From Mobula hypostoma (taxonomy: Eukaryota): 64,000 nucleotides of DNA. Below are positions 24,880 through 37,307 of this stretch, in pieces. Location: contig NC_086097.1 of the NCBI RefSeq assembly GCF_963921235.1, forward strand, positions 214,274,001 through 214,338,000, in the 5' to 3' direction. Under the pieces are notes generated by a model that was given only the letters and a program-made list of their open reading frames with translations, did no database searches and was not told the origin of the DNA. The position numbers were made by a program, and so were the translations under genes. How positions within the stretch are numbered: position 1 is the first letter of the stretch; each line of letters begins with the position of its first letter.

Positions 24880-26480
24880 TGCACCTCTGATTTTTGAAAT
24901 TCTCCCCATTTAAAAAACGGCCTATCCCTTTATTTCTCCTACAAAGTGCATGACCATACACTTCCCTACACTATATTCCATGTGCCACTTCTTTGTCCAT
25001 TCTTCCAATCTGTCTCAGTCCTTCCGCAGACACCCTACTTCCTCAAGATTACCTGCTGCTCCACCTATCTTCATATCATCTTCAAACCTGGCCACAAAGC
25101 CATCAATTCCATCATCCAAATCAATGATATATAACGTGAAAAGAAGCTGTCCCATCACCAACCTCCATGGAATACCACTGGTCACTGGCAGCCAACCAGA
25201 TTATTCTCACTCTTTGCCTCTAGGCAGTCAACCTATCTTCTATTCATGCTAGTATCTTTCCTGTAATATCATGGGCTCTTTTCTTGTTAAGCAGCCTCAT
25301 ATGCAGTACCTTGTCAAAGGGCTTCTGAAAATCCAAGCATATCCATCCATATAACATCTCTCATGTAACACCTCAACTCATCCCACTGACTCCTTTTTTC
25401 ACTATCATCTGTTGTCCTTCTCACAGTCTCACTGTACACTGCATCCACTTGTACCCCGACTGCCCTATCCTCAGCCCTATCACTCCAATTCCCATCCCCC
25501 TGCCAAATTAGTATAAACCCTTCCCAACAGCTCTATGAAACCTACTCATAACGATAGTGATATCCCTTAGCTTCAGGCGTTACCCTCCTTTTTGTACAGA
25601 TCACACCTTCCCCAGAAGACATCCCAATGATCCAGAAATCTGAAATCCTGCTCCCTGCACCAATTCCTCAGCCACACATTCATCTGCCAAATTATCCTTT
25701 TCTTATCCTCACTGACACATTGGCACAGGAAGCCATCCAGAGATTACTAGCCTGGAGATACTGCTTTTCAGATTTCTGCCTTACTCCCTATATTCTATTT
25801 CCTTTTCTGACCTATGTTGTTGGTACCAATTTGTATTACAATTTCTGCCTGCTCACTCTCCCCCTTTAGAATGCCGTGGACCTGATCTGCGACATCCCTG
25901 ACCTTGGCACCTGGGAGGCAACATACTATCTGGATGTGTCTTTCACGTCCACAGAATCTCCTGTCTGTTCCTCCAAATATGGAATCTCCCATCACTACTG
26001 CAATCCTCTTCTCCCTCCTCCCCTTCTGAGCCACAGAGCCAGACTTAGTGCCAGAGACTTGACCACTGTGGCTTTCCTCTACTAAGTCACCCACCAACAG
26101 TATCAAAGCAGCATATGTGCTGTTGAGGGGAATGTCCACAGTAGCACTTTGCATTGGCTGCCTAGTCCCTTTCCTCCTCCTGACAGTGACCTAGTTACCT
26201 GTGCCTTTCACCTTGGGTGTAACTATCTCCCTTTATGTCCTGTCAATCAACCTGTTAGCCTTCTGAGTGATCTGGAATTCATTAAGTTCCATCTCCAACT
26301 GCTTGCCACAGTCTGACAAAAGCTGCAACTGGATGTATTTCTTGCAGGTATAGTTGTCAGGGACACTGGAGATCTCCATGCCTTCCCACATCCTGCAGGA
26401 GGAACAATCTACCTGCCTGCCACCCACACCACTCTAGCTGTGCAAAACGAAAGAAGGAAAGAAGAATTAAATGAAATAAA
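24880..26480 (-). mobile_element. Internally deleted CR1: ORF1 (Zn/Leu domain + esterase) and RT fragment
   Basis: CSSCRMW..YTCKK..LQLL; VVMGDSI..CCLPGAKVRDV..IQIGTNNIG; KFEDDMKIGG at ~25060-25090. Confidence 0.85.
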
Positions 26481-26649
26481 TCTACCTACAGCCATCATCG
26501 CTCCTCACCAAAAACTTTACGAGTCAAAGCCTGATTGCCCCACTCTAACACAATGGGTCCTCTGCTTAAACCTAACTTCTTTTTATTGGCCTTTGCAAAT
26601 TGCCTAATTATGCACAATCTAACATCTCTGGAGAACTGTAATGTGCAAA

Positions 26650-26882
26650 ATATAGAAACATAGAAAACCTACAGCACAATACAGGCACTTCAGTCCACAA
26701 TGCTGGCTGAACATGTACTTACTTTAGAAGTTGTCTAGGGTTTTTTCTAAGCTCCATGTACCTATCCAGAAGTCTCTTAAGAGACTCCATGTATCCGCCT
26801 CCATGTCGCCGGCAGGCTATTCCACACACTCACCCCTCTCTGCGTGAAAAACTTACTCCTGACATCTCCTCTGTACCTACTT
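26650..26882 (-). mobile_element. CR1 3' end
   Basis: (TTCTATGT)-type tail and FFTQRGVSVWNSLP-like sequence. Confidence 0.75.
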
Positions 26883-26887
26883 ACTGG

Positions 26888-27639
26888 TGTTACAATTTCG
26901 TAACATACCAGCAGCAAGAGATGACAAATTGAGTCAGGTTTTAATATTAAAACCCCACTATATTTATTTACATCTACTCAAAAATATAAAAAATTAAATA
27001 AACTACTTTCTTAAACAGAAGTTAACAGTGTTATGCGTCTATAGCTCCCTTACAGTCAAACTTAGAACCCGTTCTTAACAAATCTTACTCAAGCACAGTC
27101 TTAAAGTGGCAGTTCAGAGAGTCCCAGTAATTCACAAAATAAGTGAGAGGAGAGACTTGTGGATTCACAGTGCAGCGACGAGGCAATCACGACAAATTTC
27201 GAAGATTCCACGGCTGGTGAATGAAGAAACGGTTACTGAAGATCCCAGCCGAGGAATACTGTTCCGAAGTTCACGAAGAGCGATTTCACAAAGTGACTGT
27301 CATGAAATCCACACCCATGGATCATACGAAGGAAAGACACATCTCCACAATGCACAGTGTGCCACTGATTAACCCAATCCTTTGGGTTAGAGTAAGCATT
27401 CTCGATCGTGAGCTGTTCCCTGATAGCTCGATGTCTGCGGTCTTCACTCTCTCTCTCTTTCCTTTGACTCCCTCTCAGCACTTTTGTCGACGTTTCTTTT
27501 ATTGCGTCGGCATACGTCATAAGGTAACGCTTACAGAAACGAAACTGTGGACTCCCAGTAAAACAAAACTGGGGACACGTGACACCCACAGTAAATGAAA
27601 CTATGGACTCCAGGAAAACGAAGCTGTGGACACGTAACA
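26888..27639 (-). mobile_element. Solo LTR (family shared with 38176 and 46710)
   Basis: TGTTAC...GTAACA termini, perfect 4-bp TSD ctgg (26884-26887 / 27640-27643), AATAAA on minus strand near 26965. Confidence 0.85.
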
Positions 27640-28361
27640 CTGGATACTATATATGGAGAAGATTGAACAGTATTTTAAAGCAAATATAATAGTCAATGAG
27701 AAACAAGTACTGTACCAGTTTCACTGAGTTCATTGGGTTTAAAGGCAGAAAGTTTGCTTTGCAGTTTAACTGCTCCAACCAAATCAGCTGAAATGAGCTT
27801 TTCAAATATTGTGAAAGTAATGCAGGAAAATTTAGAACCAAAATCATTGTTGATTGCAGAATGCTTTGGGTTTCATATGTGGAATCAAAAGGAAGAAGAG
27901 TCCATTTCAGCGTACATGACTTAATTGAAGGAACTCTCTGAGCACTGTCAGTTTGGTAATGGCTTAATGCTACAGTAAGAGATGGTTCATGGAATCCTAC
28001 AAGAAAGCATTCAAAAACAGCTCCATTTAACATGAATATTTAGAGCAGTTGAAATAGCTCTTCAATGAAACCACAGGCAGAGGTACAACTGAGTTGCAGT
28101 CAAGAATGAAAGCAAGCATGAACAAAATTGCATGTCTAGACAGAAAACGGACTGGCTGAACAAATGTTGTTAACTTTGTGGCAGGGGCACACATACACCA
28201 GAACAATGCAGGTTTAAAGGTGAAAATGGGAGAAAATGCAACAAAGTAGGTTACATACAAAGAATCATAAACGCAAAATATTCTGCAGATGCCGGGGTCA
28301 AAGCAACACTCACAACACGCTGAAGGAACTCAGCAGGTCTGGCAGCATCCGTGGAAACGAT

Positions 28362-28399
28362 CAGTCAACGTTTCGGGCCGGAACCCTTCGTCAGGACTG
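28362..28399 (-). ncRNA. Minimal type I hammerhead ribozyme motif (Penelope pLTR)
   Basis: CAGUC-CUGACGA-A-GGGU UCCG GCCC-GAAA-CGUU-GACUG: intact core, stem I, stem II, palindromic stem III. Confidence 0.75.
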
Positions 28400-30241
28400 A
28401 AGAGGGAAGGGACAGAGGCCCTATAAAGAAGGTGGGGGGAGGGTGGGAAGGAGAAGGCTGGTACGTTCCAGGTGAAAAACCAGTAAGGAGAAAGATAAAG
28501 GGGTGGGGGCGGGGAAGCAGGGAGAGGATAGGCAGGAAAGGTGAAGAAGGAATAGGGGAAAACACAATGGGTAGTAGAAGGAGGCGGAACCATGAGGGAG
28601 GTAGTAGGCAGATGGGGGAGGGACAGAGTGAAATAGGGATAGGGGAAGGGAGGGGGAGGGAATTACTAGAAGTTGGAGAATTCAATGTTCATACCGAGGG
28701 ACTGGAGAATACCTAGATGGTATATGAGGTGTTGCTCCTCCAACCTGAGTTTAACTTCATCATGGCAGTAGAGGAGGCCATGTATGGACATATCCAAATG
28801 GGAATGTGAAGCAGGGTTGAAGTGAGTGGCAACTGGGACATCCTGTCTGTTGTGGCGGACAGAGTGGAGGTGCTCGACGAAGCGGTCCCCCAATCTGCAT
28901 CGGGTTTCACAAATGTAGAGGAGGCCACACTGGGAGCACCGGATGCAATAGATGACCCCAACAGACTCACAAGTGAAGTGTTGCCTCACCTGGAAGGACT
29001 GTTTGGAGCCCTGAATGGTGGCAAGAGAGGAGGTGTAGGGACAGGTGTAGCACTTACACTTACAGGGATAAGTGCCAGGTGGGAGATCTGCGGGGAGGGA
29101 CGTGTGGATCAGGGAGTCGTGGAGGAATCGATCCCTGCGGAAAGCGGAGAGGGGTGGAGAGGGAAAGATGCGCTTAGTGGTGGGGTCCTGTTGAAGGTGG
29201 CAGAAGGTGGGGAGGATAATGTGCTGGATCCAGAGGCTGGTGGGTTGGTAGGTGAGGACCAGGGGAACTCTGTCCCTGTTGTGGTGGCGGGAGGATGGGG
29301 TGAGGCCCAAAGTGTGGGAAATGGCGGAGATGCGGGTGAGGGCATCATTGATGACGGCAGAAGGGAAACCATGATCCTTAAAGAAAGAGGACATTTGAGA
29401 TGTCCTGGAATGGAAAACCTGATCCTCGGAGCATATGCGGCAGAGACGGAGGAACTGGGAATAGGGAATGGTATTTTTGCATGTGGCAGGGTGGGAAGAG
29501 GTATAGTCCAGGTAGTTATGAGAGTCAGTGGGCTTGTAGAAGATGTCAGTGGACAGTCTGTCTCCAGAGATGGAGACCAAGGGATCGAGAAAGGGGAGAG
29601 AAGTGTTCGAGATAGACCAAGTGAATTTGAGGGCTGGGTGGAAGTTTGAAGTAAAGTCGATGAAATTGTCGAGTTAAGCATGGGTACAGGAAGCAGCACC
29701 AATGTAGTTGTCAATGTAGCGAAGGAAAAGTTGGAAAGCTCCTGTCCCACCAAACTTGTATCTGCCTACCTGGACTCCATTTTGTCACCCATAGTTCAGT
29801 CCCTCCCCACCTACATCCAGGATACATCCCATGCCCTCCACCTCTTCAATAACTTCCTGTTCCCTGGTCCCGACTGCTTCATTTTCACTATGGATGTCCA
29901 ATCCTTATACACTTCCATTCCCCATCAAGACGGCCTCAAAGCCCTCCACTACTTTCTGGACAATAGACCTCACCAGTTCCCCACCACCACTACCCTCCTC
30001 CGGTTGGCGGAACTGGTTCTCACACTCAATAACTTCTCTTTTGGCTCTTCCTACTTTCTTCAGCCCAAGGGTGTAGCTATGGACACTCGCATGGGCCTCA
30101 GCTATGCCTGCCTCTTCGTTGATTATGTGGAACAGTCTGTGCTCCAAACCTATTCTGGTACTGCTCCCCAACTTTTCCTTCACTACATTGACGACTACAC
30201 TCCCCTCACCTTCTTTATAGGGCCTCTGCCCCTTCCCTCGT

Positions 30242-30279
30242 CAGTCCTGACGAAGGGTTCCGGCTCGAAACGTTGACTG
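30242..30279 (+). ncRNA. Minimal type I hammerhead ribozyme motif (Penelope pLTR)
   Basis: CAGUC-CUGACGA-A-GGGU UCCG GCUC-GAAA-CGUU-GACUG; one G-U change relative to the 28362 copy. Confidence 0.7.
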
Positions 30280-31334
30280 ATCGTTTCCACGGATGGTGCC
30301 CGACCTGCTGAGTTCCTCCAGCGTGTTATGAGTGCTACGTACAAAGAACATGTCAGGTAGACCAAAATAAATGAATTGCACAGGGAAGAGAAAAAGATAA
30401 AAAATCAAGTTGCAGTTTTCAAAAGAGCTTTAGCCTTCATGCTGTTTATGAGAAATTTGTCAGTGATGAGAGTGGACTGAGTAGCCTTGACAATTACAAA
30501 GTGAAAACTAACAATAGACAAGGAATGTAGCTTATGCCAGAAGTGAATGGTGAATTAATTAAAATGGAATTGGACACTGGCTTGGCTGTTTCAGTCACTG
30601 TACAAAATCAGTTTGAATGGCATTTCGAAGATACTGAACTAAAGCCTGCAGATATCCAATCAAGAACTTATACTGGAGGAAAAAAATAACCCTGTGGGAA
30701 TGATATTTGTAACAGTGAAATACAACAGCCAACAAGCCACATTGGGCTTGCATGTGATAAAAACAGGAGGGCCAGCATTGAGGAGAAGAGTGGCTGAGAC
30801 AACCTCAACATAACCGGAGATCCATCCACTATTTGCATGCCACATCCCCTCATCAACTGAAAGCGAATTAAGAAATGTACTAGATAATGCCACTGTCGTG
30901 TTCAAGGATGGCTTTGGAAAACTCAGACATATCAAGGGTAAAATAGTGTTAAATGAAAATGCCACACCCAAGTTTTACAATGTCCAGTTCTTTATACCAT
31001 CCATGATAAAGTAGCCAGTGAGCTAGTTCACACGAAAGCTGAATTAATTCTTTCCATATTTGAGTAGAGCTATGCAATACCAGTGGCCCCAGTAGCCATG
31101 AAGAATGGATCTGTGGTGATTTTAAGGTCACCATCAATCCAATACTGAAAATAGATCAATTACCTTTGGCCAGGATAGAGGATATCTTTGCAAACCTTTC
31201 TGGAGGAGAAAACTTCAGCAAAGTAGACTTAGCTGAGGCCTATGTGTTTCTCACCATAAACACTCACAAAGGGCTTAGTCGCTATAATAGCCTTATTTTT
31301 GGAGTAGCACCTACACTTCTTCTCTGACATCCAA

Positions 31335-32800
31335 TACTGCTGCTGAAAAGTTTGAGTTTTCCACGGAAAGTGGTAATAGTTTCTTTGACTGATATGAGAT
31401 AGCAGTTTTTTTCCTTGTAACTATTTATGATTTTTATGATTATGAGGACATGCAGTCCCCTTTTATTGTCATTTATTAATGCATGCATTAAGAAATGATA
31501 AAATGTTTTTCCAGAATGATATCACGAAAAACACATGACAAACCGACTTAAAAACTAACAAAAAAACACATAATTATAACATATAGTTACAACAGTGCAA
31601 AGCAATACCGTAATTTGATAAGAACAGACCATGTCTCAAAGTCTCTCGAAAGTCCCATCATCTCACGCAGACAGTAAACTTCCAGCGCTGCCAACTTGCC
31701 GGTGCAGCATCCTGGAAACATCTGACCACATTCCGACTCTGAGTCTGTCCGAAAAACTCCAAGCCTCCGACTACCTATTCGACACCGAGCACCGAGCACC
31801 ATCTTTGCCGAGCGCTTTGACCCCGGCCCTGACAACAGGCGATACACAAAGCCAAGGATTTGAGGCCTTCGTCTCCAGAGATTCTTGATTGCACAGTAGC
31901 AGTGGCAGCGAAGCAGGCATTTCAGAAATTACTCCAGATGTTCCTTTGCACTTCTCACGGCTGTCTCCATCAAATCCAGATTGTGTGCAGCCCCTAGTTA
32001 CACATACGATATCATTCAGAACGGCCGCGCGTGCTGCGTCACGCCGCCATCTTCTCCTCCCTCCTCTGTTAAATAAAATCAGATATTCAGGTAAGATATG
32101 TCAGACTACCAGTGACAATTTGTTTTCCAAACTGCTTATCACTTTGAAATGTTACAGTTCTATCCTAAAGTGCAACAAAGCAATGAAGACAACTACATTT
32201 TGATAACCACTGGACCTCTGTATCCATTAGTAGCCATTCAAAATCTTTTCTGTTTTTCTCACAAAGTGGTTGAAAACAACAACCTTGAAGTGTATTTGAT
32301 TTGATAAAGTTGATAGCCATTTTTACAGCAGCAAGGGTGTCATGTAAATGTCTTCTCAATTTTTTTGTAAAGAAATGCTGATATTGGATGACACAGTGTG
32401 TGCAAAAAAGCATCAGGCATGGCATTTTTTGAATGAGCAGTACGTTCTCTGTATCTTCCTACCATTGAAGAGGCACCATCTGTTGCACAAGCCATTATGT
32501 TTTCCTGCAGAATATTCTTTTCTAAGAAACACTGTAGCTCTTGACTTCTTCAAAAATAGTTTTATCTTTGGTATCTGTCTTAAGCTTTTTGTCAAAAAGC
32601 ATTTGCACACTGGTCTGATCATCATTCAAAAACCTAACATATGTCATCAGAAGGGCTTTGTTATCTGGTAATGTGCTTTCATTGATTTACAAGGCAAAGT
32701 TCTTAACTTGCAGTTGTTCAGCTAGTTGTTTTTCAACATCAGCTGACAGTTCATCAATATACTTTTTAGGCAGTTCCTAGATACGTGTCATAAGTAATGT
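31335..32800 (-). mobile_element. hAT (Charlie/Buster-like) transposase remnant, interrupted
   Basis: HCVIQYQH, AINFIKS, LLMDTEVQWLSK (cf. HTEVRWLS), and LISVKETITTFRGKLKLF beyond the interrupting element. Confidence 0.8.
31432..32065 (-). mobile_element. Non-autonomous Rex1-type element (5' head fused to 3' UTR)
   Basis: CpG-rich head ggagaagatggcggcg, no RT, AATAAA and (cataat)-type tail; splits the hAT ORF. Confidence 0.55.
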
Positions 32801-32889
32801 TTTAAATGTTAATATATATGCAGATTCTATGTGATAATAAAGAGTTTGTACTCACCAAAAAAAGCAAAATAAACTTCCTTTTAAAATAT

Positions 32890-33795
32890 GAAAGTTTTGA
32901 GGAAGTAGAGAGGCTACAGAAGGACTTAGACATTAGGAGAATGGGCAAAGAAATGGCAGATGGAATATAGTGTTGGGACGTATATGGTCATGTACTTTGG
33001 TGGAAGAAATGTAACAGTTGATTATTTTCTAAATGGAGAGAAAGTACAAAAAAACTGAGGTGCAAGGGGACTTGAGAGTCCTTGTGCAGGATTCCCTAAA
33101 GGGTAATTTGCAGATTGAGTCAGTGGTGAGGAAAGCAAATGCAATGTTGGCATTCATTTCAAGAGCACTAGAATATAAAAGCAAGGATGTAATGTTGAGA
33201 CTTTATAAAGCACTGGTGAGGCCTCACTTGAAGTACTGTGAGCAGTTTCAGGCCCCTTACCTTAGAAACTATGTGCTGAAACTGGAGAGGGTTCATACGA
33301 GGTTCACAAAAATGATTCTTAGATTGAATGGCTTGTCATATGAAGAGTGTTTGGTGGCTCTGGGCCTGTATTCACTAGAATTCAGAAGAAAAATGGGTGA
33401 CCTCATTGAAACCTATCGAATGGTGCAAGGCCTTGAAAGAGTGGATGTGGAGAGGATGTTTCTTATAATGGGAGAGTTTAAGACCAGAGGGCACAGTGTC
33501 AGAATAGAGGGGCAGCCATTTAGACTGGAGTTGAGGACGAATTTCTTTAGCCAGAGAGTGGTAAATCTGTAGAACTCTTTGCCACAGGCAGCTCTGGGGG
33601 CCAAGTTTTTATGTACAGTATATTTAAGGCAGATGTTGATAGATTCTTGATTGGCCAGGGCATGAAGGGATACGGGGAGAAGGTAGGAGTTTGGGGCTGA
33701 AAGGAAAATTGGATCAGCCATGATGAAATGGCAGAGTAGACTCGATGGGCCAAATAACGTAATCCTGCTGCAATATCTTATGGTCTTATGATAAG
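32890..33795 (+). mobile_element. CR1 3' portion
   Basis: ORF 33033-33572 KANAMLAFISR..LVRPHLKYC..FFSQRVVNL plus 3' UTR and cttatggt tail. Confidence 0.95.
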
Positions 33796-35359
33796 TATCA
33801 GGGATTTAATGGAAGTTGTAGTGGTAGATGGTGATGTAGCACTGGACTTCACACATTCTCGTCTCTGCAGCTTGGACATTTCTGGCAGATGATCCCACTG
33901 CAGTAACCGGAGCCTTCCATGTCACATTTTGTAAGTATTATAACATGCATGAGTCAGTGAATGAGGCAGGCAAGCAGAACCAGCCTCCTGCTGCATACCC
34001 ACTGACTGGCCTTGCTGCAGACAGCCCTGCCCAATCTGCAGTTTGTTCATGATACTCATAATCATTTTAATTAGATTTCTACAACATGGACCATGCCAGG
34101 CTTTCCATATTAATCCCCTTCTGATAAGGGTTTTGATATGGAAACCTGGCAACTTCTGACGGTCTTTCAGTTGAAATTAAAAGCAGATGGTTCCCTATTA
34201 ACATATAATTATCTACAGTATAACAAAGTGAGCAGAATCACTAGCTGGTGGAGCACATTGCAGGGTGTCCTGTAGGGTCACACCTGCCTGGTCACTGATA
34301 TGGGGCAGATGTGGAGTGGGGCTCAGGAGGTCGCCCTGCAAGGTGTGAATGATGATTTGTGCATGGTCAGGCAGGTGTGAATGAATGATGATGATGATTT
34401 GTGTGTACACACACACATACACATATACACACACACATATACACACATACACACGCACACACAAAGCTGCTTTGCTGCCTCATTTGCATTACCCAGCATA
34501 TTTTCCCATTCATTTCACTCAGAGTTCCAACTAAATTAAATATATTTATTTCTTTAATTACTTATATCTTTTAGTAATATGTCAGTAAAGCAATAAACTT
34601 ATCATGGACCAGTCAGAAACTTGTGTGGCCCCCAGTTTCTCATTTTTCACCTGTGGCCCCTAAAAAATCCGGCATGGCTCCCTGGGGTGGGGCCATGTGT
34701 TCTATGTTGAGATCTACTCTTTATGTATGGAACTGAAAGAGATGGGGAAATATCAGATGGACTATTTTGCACCTGCATTTACTCAGCAGACGGACACGGT
34801 GTCTATAGAGGCGAGGCAGAGTAGCAGAGATCATGGGCCATACACAGGTTACAAAAGAGAAGGTTTTTGCTGTCTTGAGACAAATTAAAGTGGATAAATC
34901 CCCAGGGCCTGACAATATGTTCCCGTGGACCCTATGGGAGACTAGTGGAAAAATTGCAAGGTCCCTCAGATTGATATTTAAAACGTTCTTAGTCATGGGT
35001 GAAGTGCCAGAGGATTGGAGGATAGCTAATGTTGTTCCATTGTTTAAGAAAGGCTCTAACAATAAGCTAGGAAATTATAGGCTGGTGCGCCTGATAGCCA
35101 TTATTCGTAGTGGGAAAGTTATTGGAAGGGATTCTAATGGACCACATGTATAGGTATTACATTAGACAGGGACTGATTAGAATAGTCAACATAGTATTGT
35201 GCGTGGTACGTCATGTTTAACCAATCTTAAAGAGTTTTTCAAGGAAGTTGCCAGGAAAGTTAATGAAGGCAGGGCAGTGAACGTTGTCTATATAGATTTT
35301 AGCAAGGTCTTTGACAAGATCTGGCATGGGAGCTTGGTCAAGCAGGTTCAGTCATATGG

Positions 35360-37307
35360 TGTCACACTGTGGGCTTTGGTGAGAGTCACATGCCCTTATG
35401 AAGATGTGGACTTTAAGGATCAGATGGCAGGCCGCAATAGCACATACAGTGCAAAGGTGTTTATTGTGTGCCTGAGGTAAAAAAAATTAAAAGCACTATA
35501 ATATCTACAGTGTAAATAAAAGGCAAAATAACAAAATTGACAAAGGAGAAAATGCAGTAGTTTGACAGTTTTGTGTGCTCAAGGGGACAACAAGAAGCTT
35601 TGTGGCCTGGCTGTTGATGGAAGAAGCAAATGAAAGGCTTGGTCTTCCCACTTTCTTTCTCCTGTGTAGACCAGGTGTAACTTCCAGAGGTCCTGGAGTA
35701 CCTTTACTCACTGCAGCTGTCCTCTGCTTCTGTGGCTGGAAGACCCCTCGGCAGGCATTCGGGTACTGTTGAGCCAGCAGGGATGCAGCTGAGCTATTTG
35801 CAGGATCGTGTTCCTGTATCCATGTACAGATATCTCCTGGCAGGACTTGCAGCAGATGCTCGAGCATAATGACCTCTCCGATGTCCTCCTTGGTCTTCAC
35901 CCAGCAGCAATATAATCCCTTTAGGCAGTGGTAGATCTCCTTCGGTGGTGTAGACCAGGCTCAAAACTTCTCCCAGTGGGCGTCAGACTTGGTAAGGAGA
36001 GCTTCCTTCAGCTGAGGATACTGGTTGGACACTGTCTCATCTATCACAGAGTAGGCCTCAGGTGCTTTCCCCTTCAGTAGTGGAGTGAGCCACAGGCTGA
36101 CTCTTCCTCTGGCCATGCCCAAATCATAGAACCATAGAAACCATAGAAACTACAGCACAGAAACAGGCCTTTTGGCTCTTCTTGGCTGTGCCGAACCATT
36201 TTCTGCCTAGTCCCACTGATCTGCACATGGACCATATCCCTCCATACACCTCCCATCCATGTATCTGTCCAATTTATTCTTAAATGTTAAAAAAGAACCC
36301 ACATTTACCACCTCGTCTGGCAGCTCATTCCATACTCCCACCACTCTCTGTGTGAAGAAGCCCCCACTAATGTTCCCTTTAAACTTTTCCCCCCTCACCC
36401 TTAACCCATGTCCTCTGGTTTTTTTCTCCCCTTGCCTCAGTGGGAAAAGCCTGCTTGCATTCACTCTATCTATACCCATCATAATTTTATATACCTCTAT
36501 CAAATCTCCCCTCATTCTTCTACACTCCAGGGAATAAAGTCCTAACCTATTCAACCTTTCTCTGTAACTCAGTTTCTCAAGTCCCGGCAACATCCTTGTA
36601 AACCTTCTCTGCACTCTTTCAACCTTATTAATATCCTTCCTGTAATTTGGTGACCAAAACTAACACAATACTCCAGATTCGGCCTCACCAATGCCTTATA
36701 CAACCTCATCATAACATTCCAGCTCTTATACTCAATACTTTGATTAATAAAGGCCAATGTACCAAAAGCTCTCTTTACGATCCTATCTACCTGTGACGCC
36801 ACTTTTAGCAATTTTTGCAAATCCTAGCAAAGTACTCAATGTGCAGCAAATAGTTTTCAATGCTCTCTCTGTCTTGGAAGGCAGGCATTTTTGGCTCCGT
36901 TCTGTAAGTGAAGGCTCTGTTTTGTAAGTGAAGTCTCCGGGTCTCACAGTGGCGTCCTGCATTGCACCTCCTGCACCTGCCTGCAGAGAGCGCCGGGGAT
37001 CTGGTAGAAGTAGTCTTGGGCTGGAACTTTCAACAGAATGCTGGGTGTCCGCATAGCAGGAACTGCACTGGCTCTCCCCATGTCCTCTGGTGGGGTAGTG
37101 TTGTGAGATGAGTTTTCAGCTCCCAGAACTCCTGGATTACCTGTTCCTCCCGTTCCTGCTGACAAGTCAGGAACTTATCCAGGACAGTCATGATGTCAGA
37201 CATCTGGTATGGTCTCGCTGGATCAAGAAGAGGCTCCCGTACCTTCGGCTCAGCACCCACACGGGGAAGGAGGAAGAAATTACTTGTGGCAAACCCCCTC
37301 TGTCGCA
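35360..37307 (-). mobile_element. Gmr1-like Gypsy gag remnant with SCAN-like domain and zinc knuckle
   Basis: PKMPAFQDRESIENYL, WAWPEE, PLLKGKA.EAY, YPQLKEALL, IGEVIMLEHLLQVLPGDICTWIQEHDP, C..QQPGHKASCCP; TG...CA ends. Confidence 0.8.
36126..36817 (-). mobile_element. 5'-truncated CR1 inserted in the SCAN gag
   Basis: ORFs 36569-36820 and 36207-36614; (TTCTATGG) tail; perfect TSD caaatc (36120-36125 / 36818-36823). Confidence 0.95.

Larger units (their letters stand above)
21532..24880 (-). mobile_element. Cluster of nested Rex1/Babar-type LINE RT fragments
   Basis: ESILTGCITTW, KFADDTTVVG, LNTGVPQGYVLSPLLYS..KFANDTTLIG, LLPSGKWY, GPDG; younger copy 23380-24335 with (TCAAT)n tail sits inside older sequence. 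Confidence 0.85.
28265..30335 (-). mobile_element. Penelope-like element (RT + GIY-YIG endonuclease) with inverted structure
   Basis: Minus ORF 28666-29580: DIFYKPT, VIYCIRCSQCGLLYICET..RFVEH; plus ORF 29680-30276: TMDVQSLYTSIPH, GVAM, YIDD; TSD tacatacaaagaa (28252-28264) / tacgtacaaagaa (30336-30348). Confidence 0.95.
27640..31330 (+). mobile_element. Decayed Ty3/Gypsy gag-pol (Mag/Barthez-like), split by a Penelope insertion and truncated
   Basis: W..YMEKIEQYF gag start, zinc knuckle RKCNKVGYIQRTC, protease KMELDTGLAVSV (~30561), RT ICGDFKVTINP, FSKVDLAEAY, INTHKGL. Confidence 0.85.

Noticed and set aside
28822..29649. 275-aa plus-strand ORF
   Set aside because: Antisense shadow of the Penelope RT/GIY-YIG ORF; no recognisable domain
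35505..35900. Host SCAN zinc-finger gene
   Set aside because: No C2H2 array or splice structure; flanked by gag motifs, with stops and a CR1 insertion
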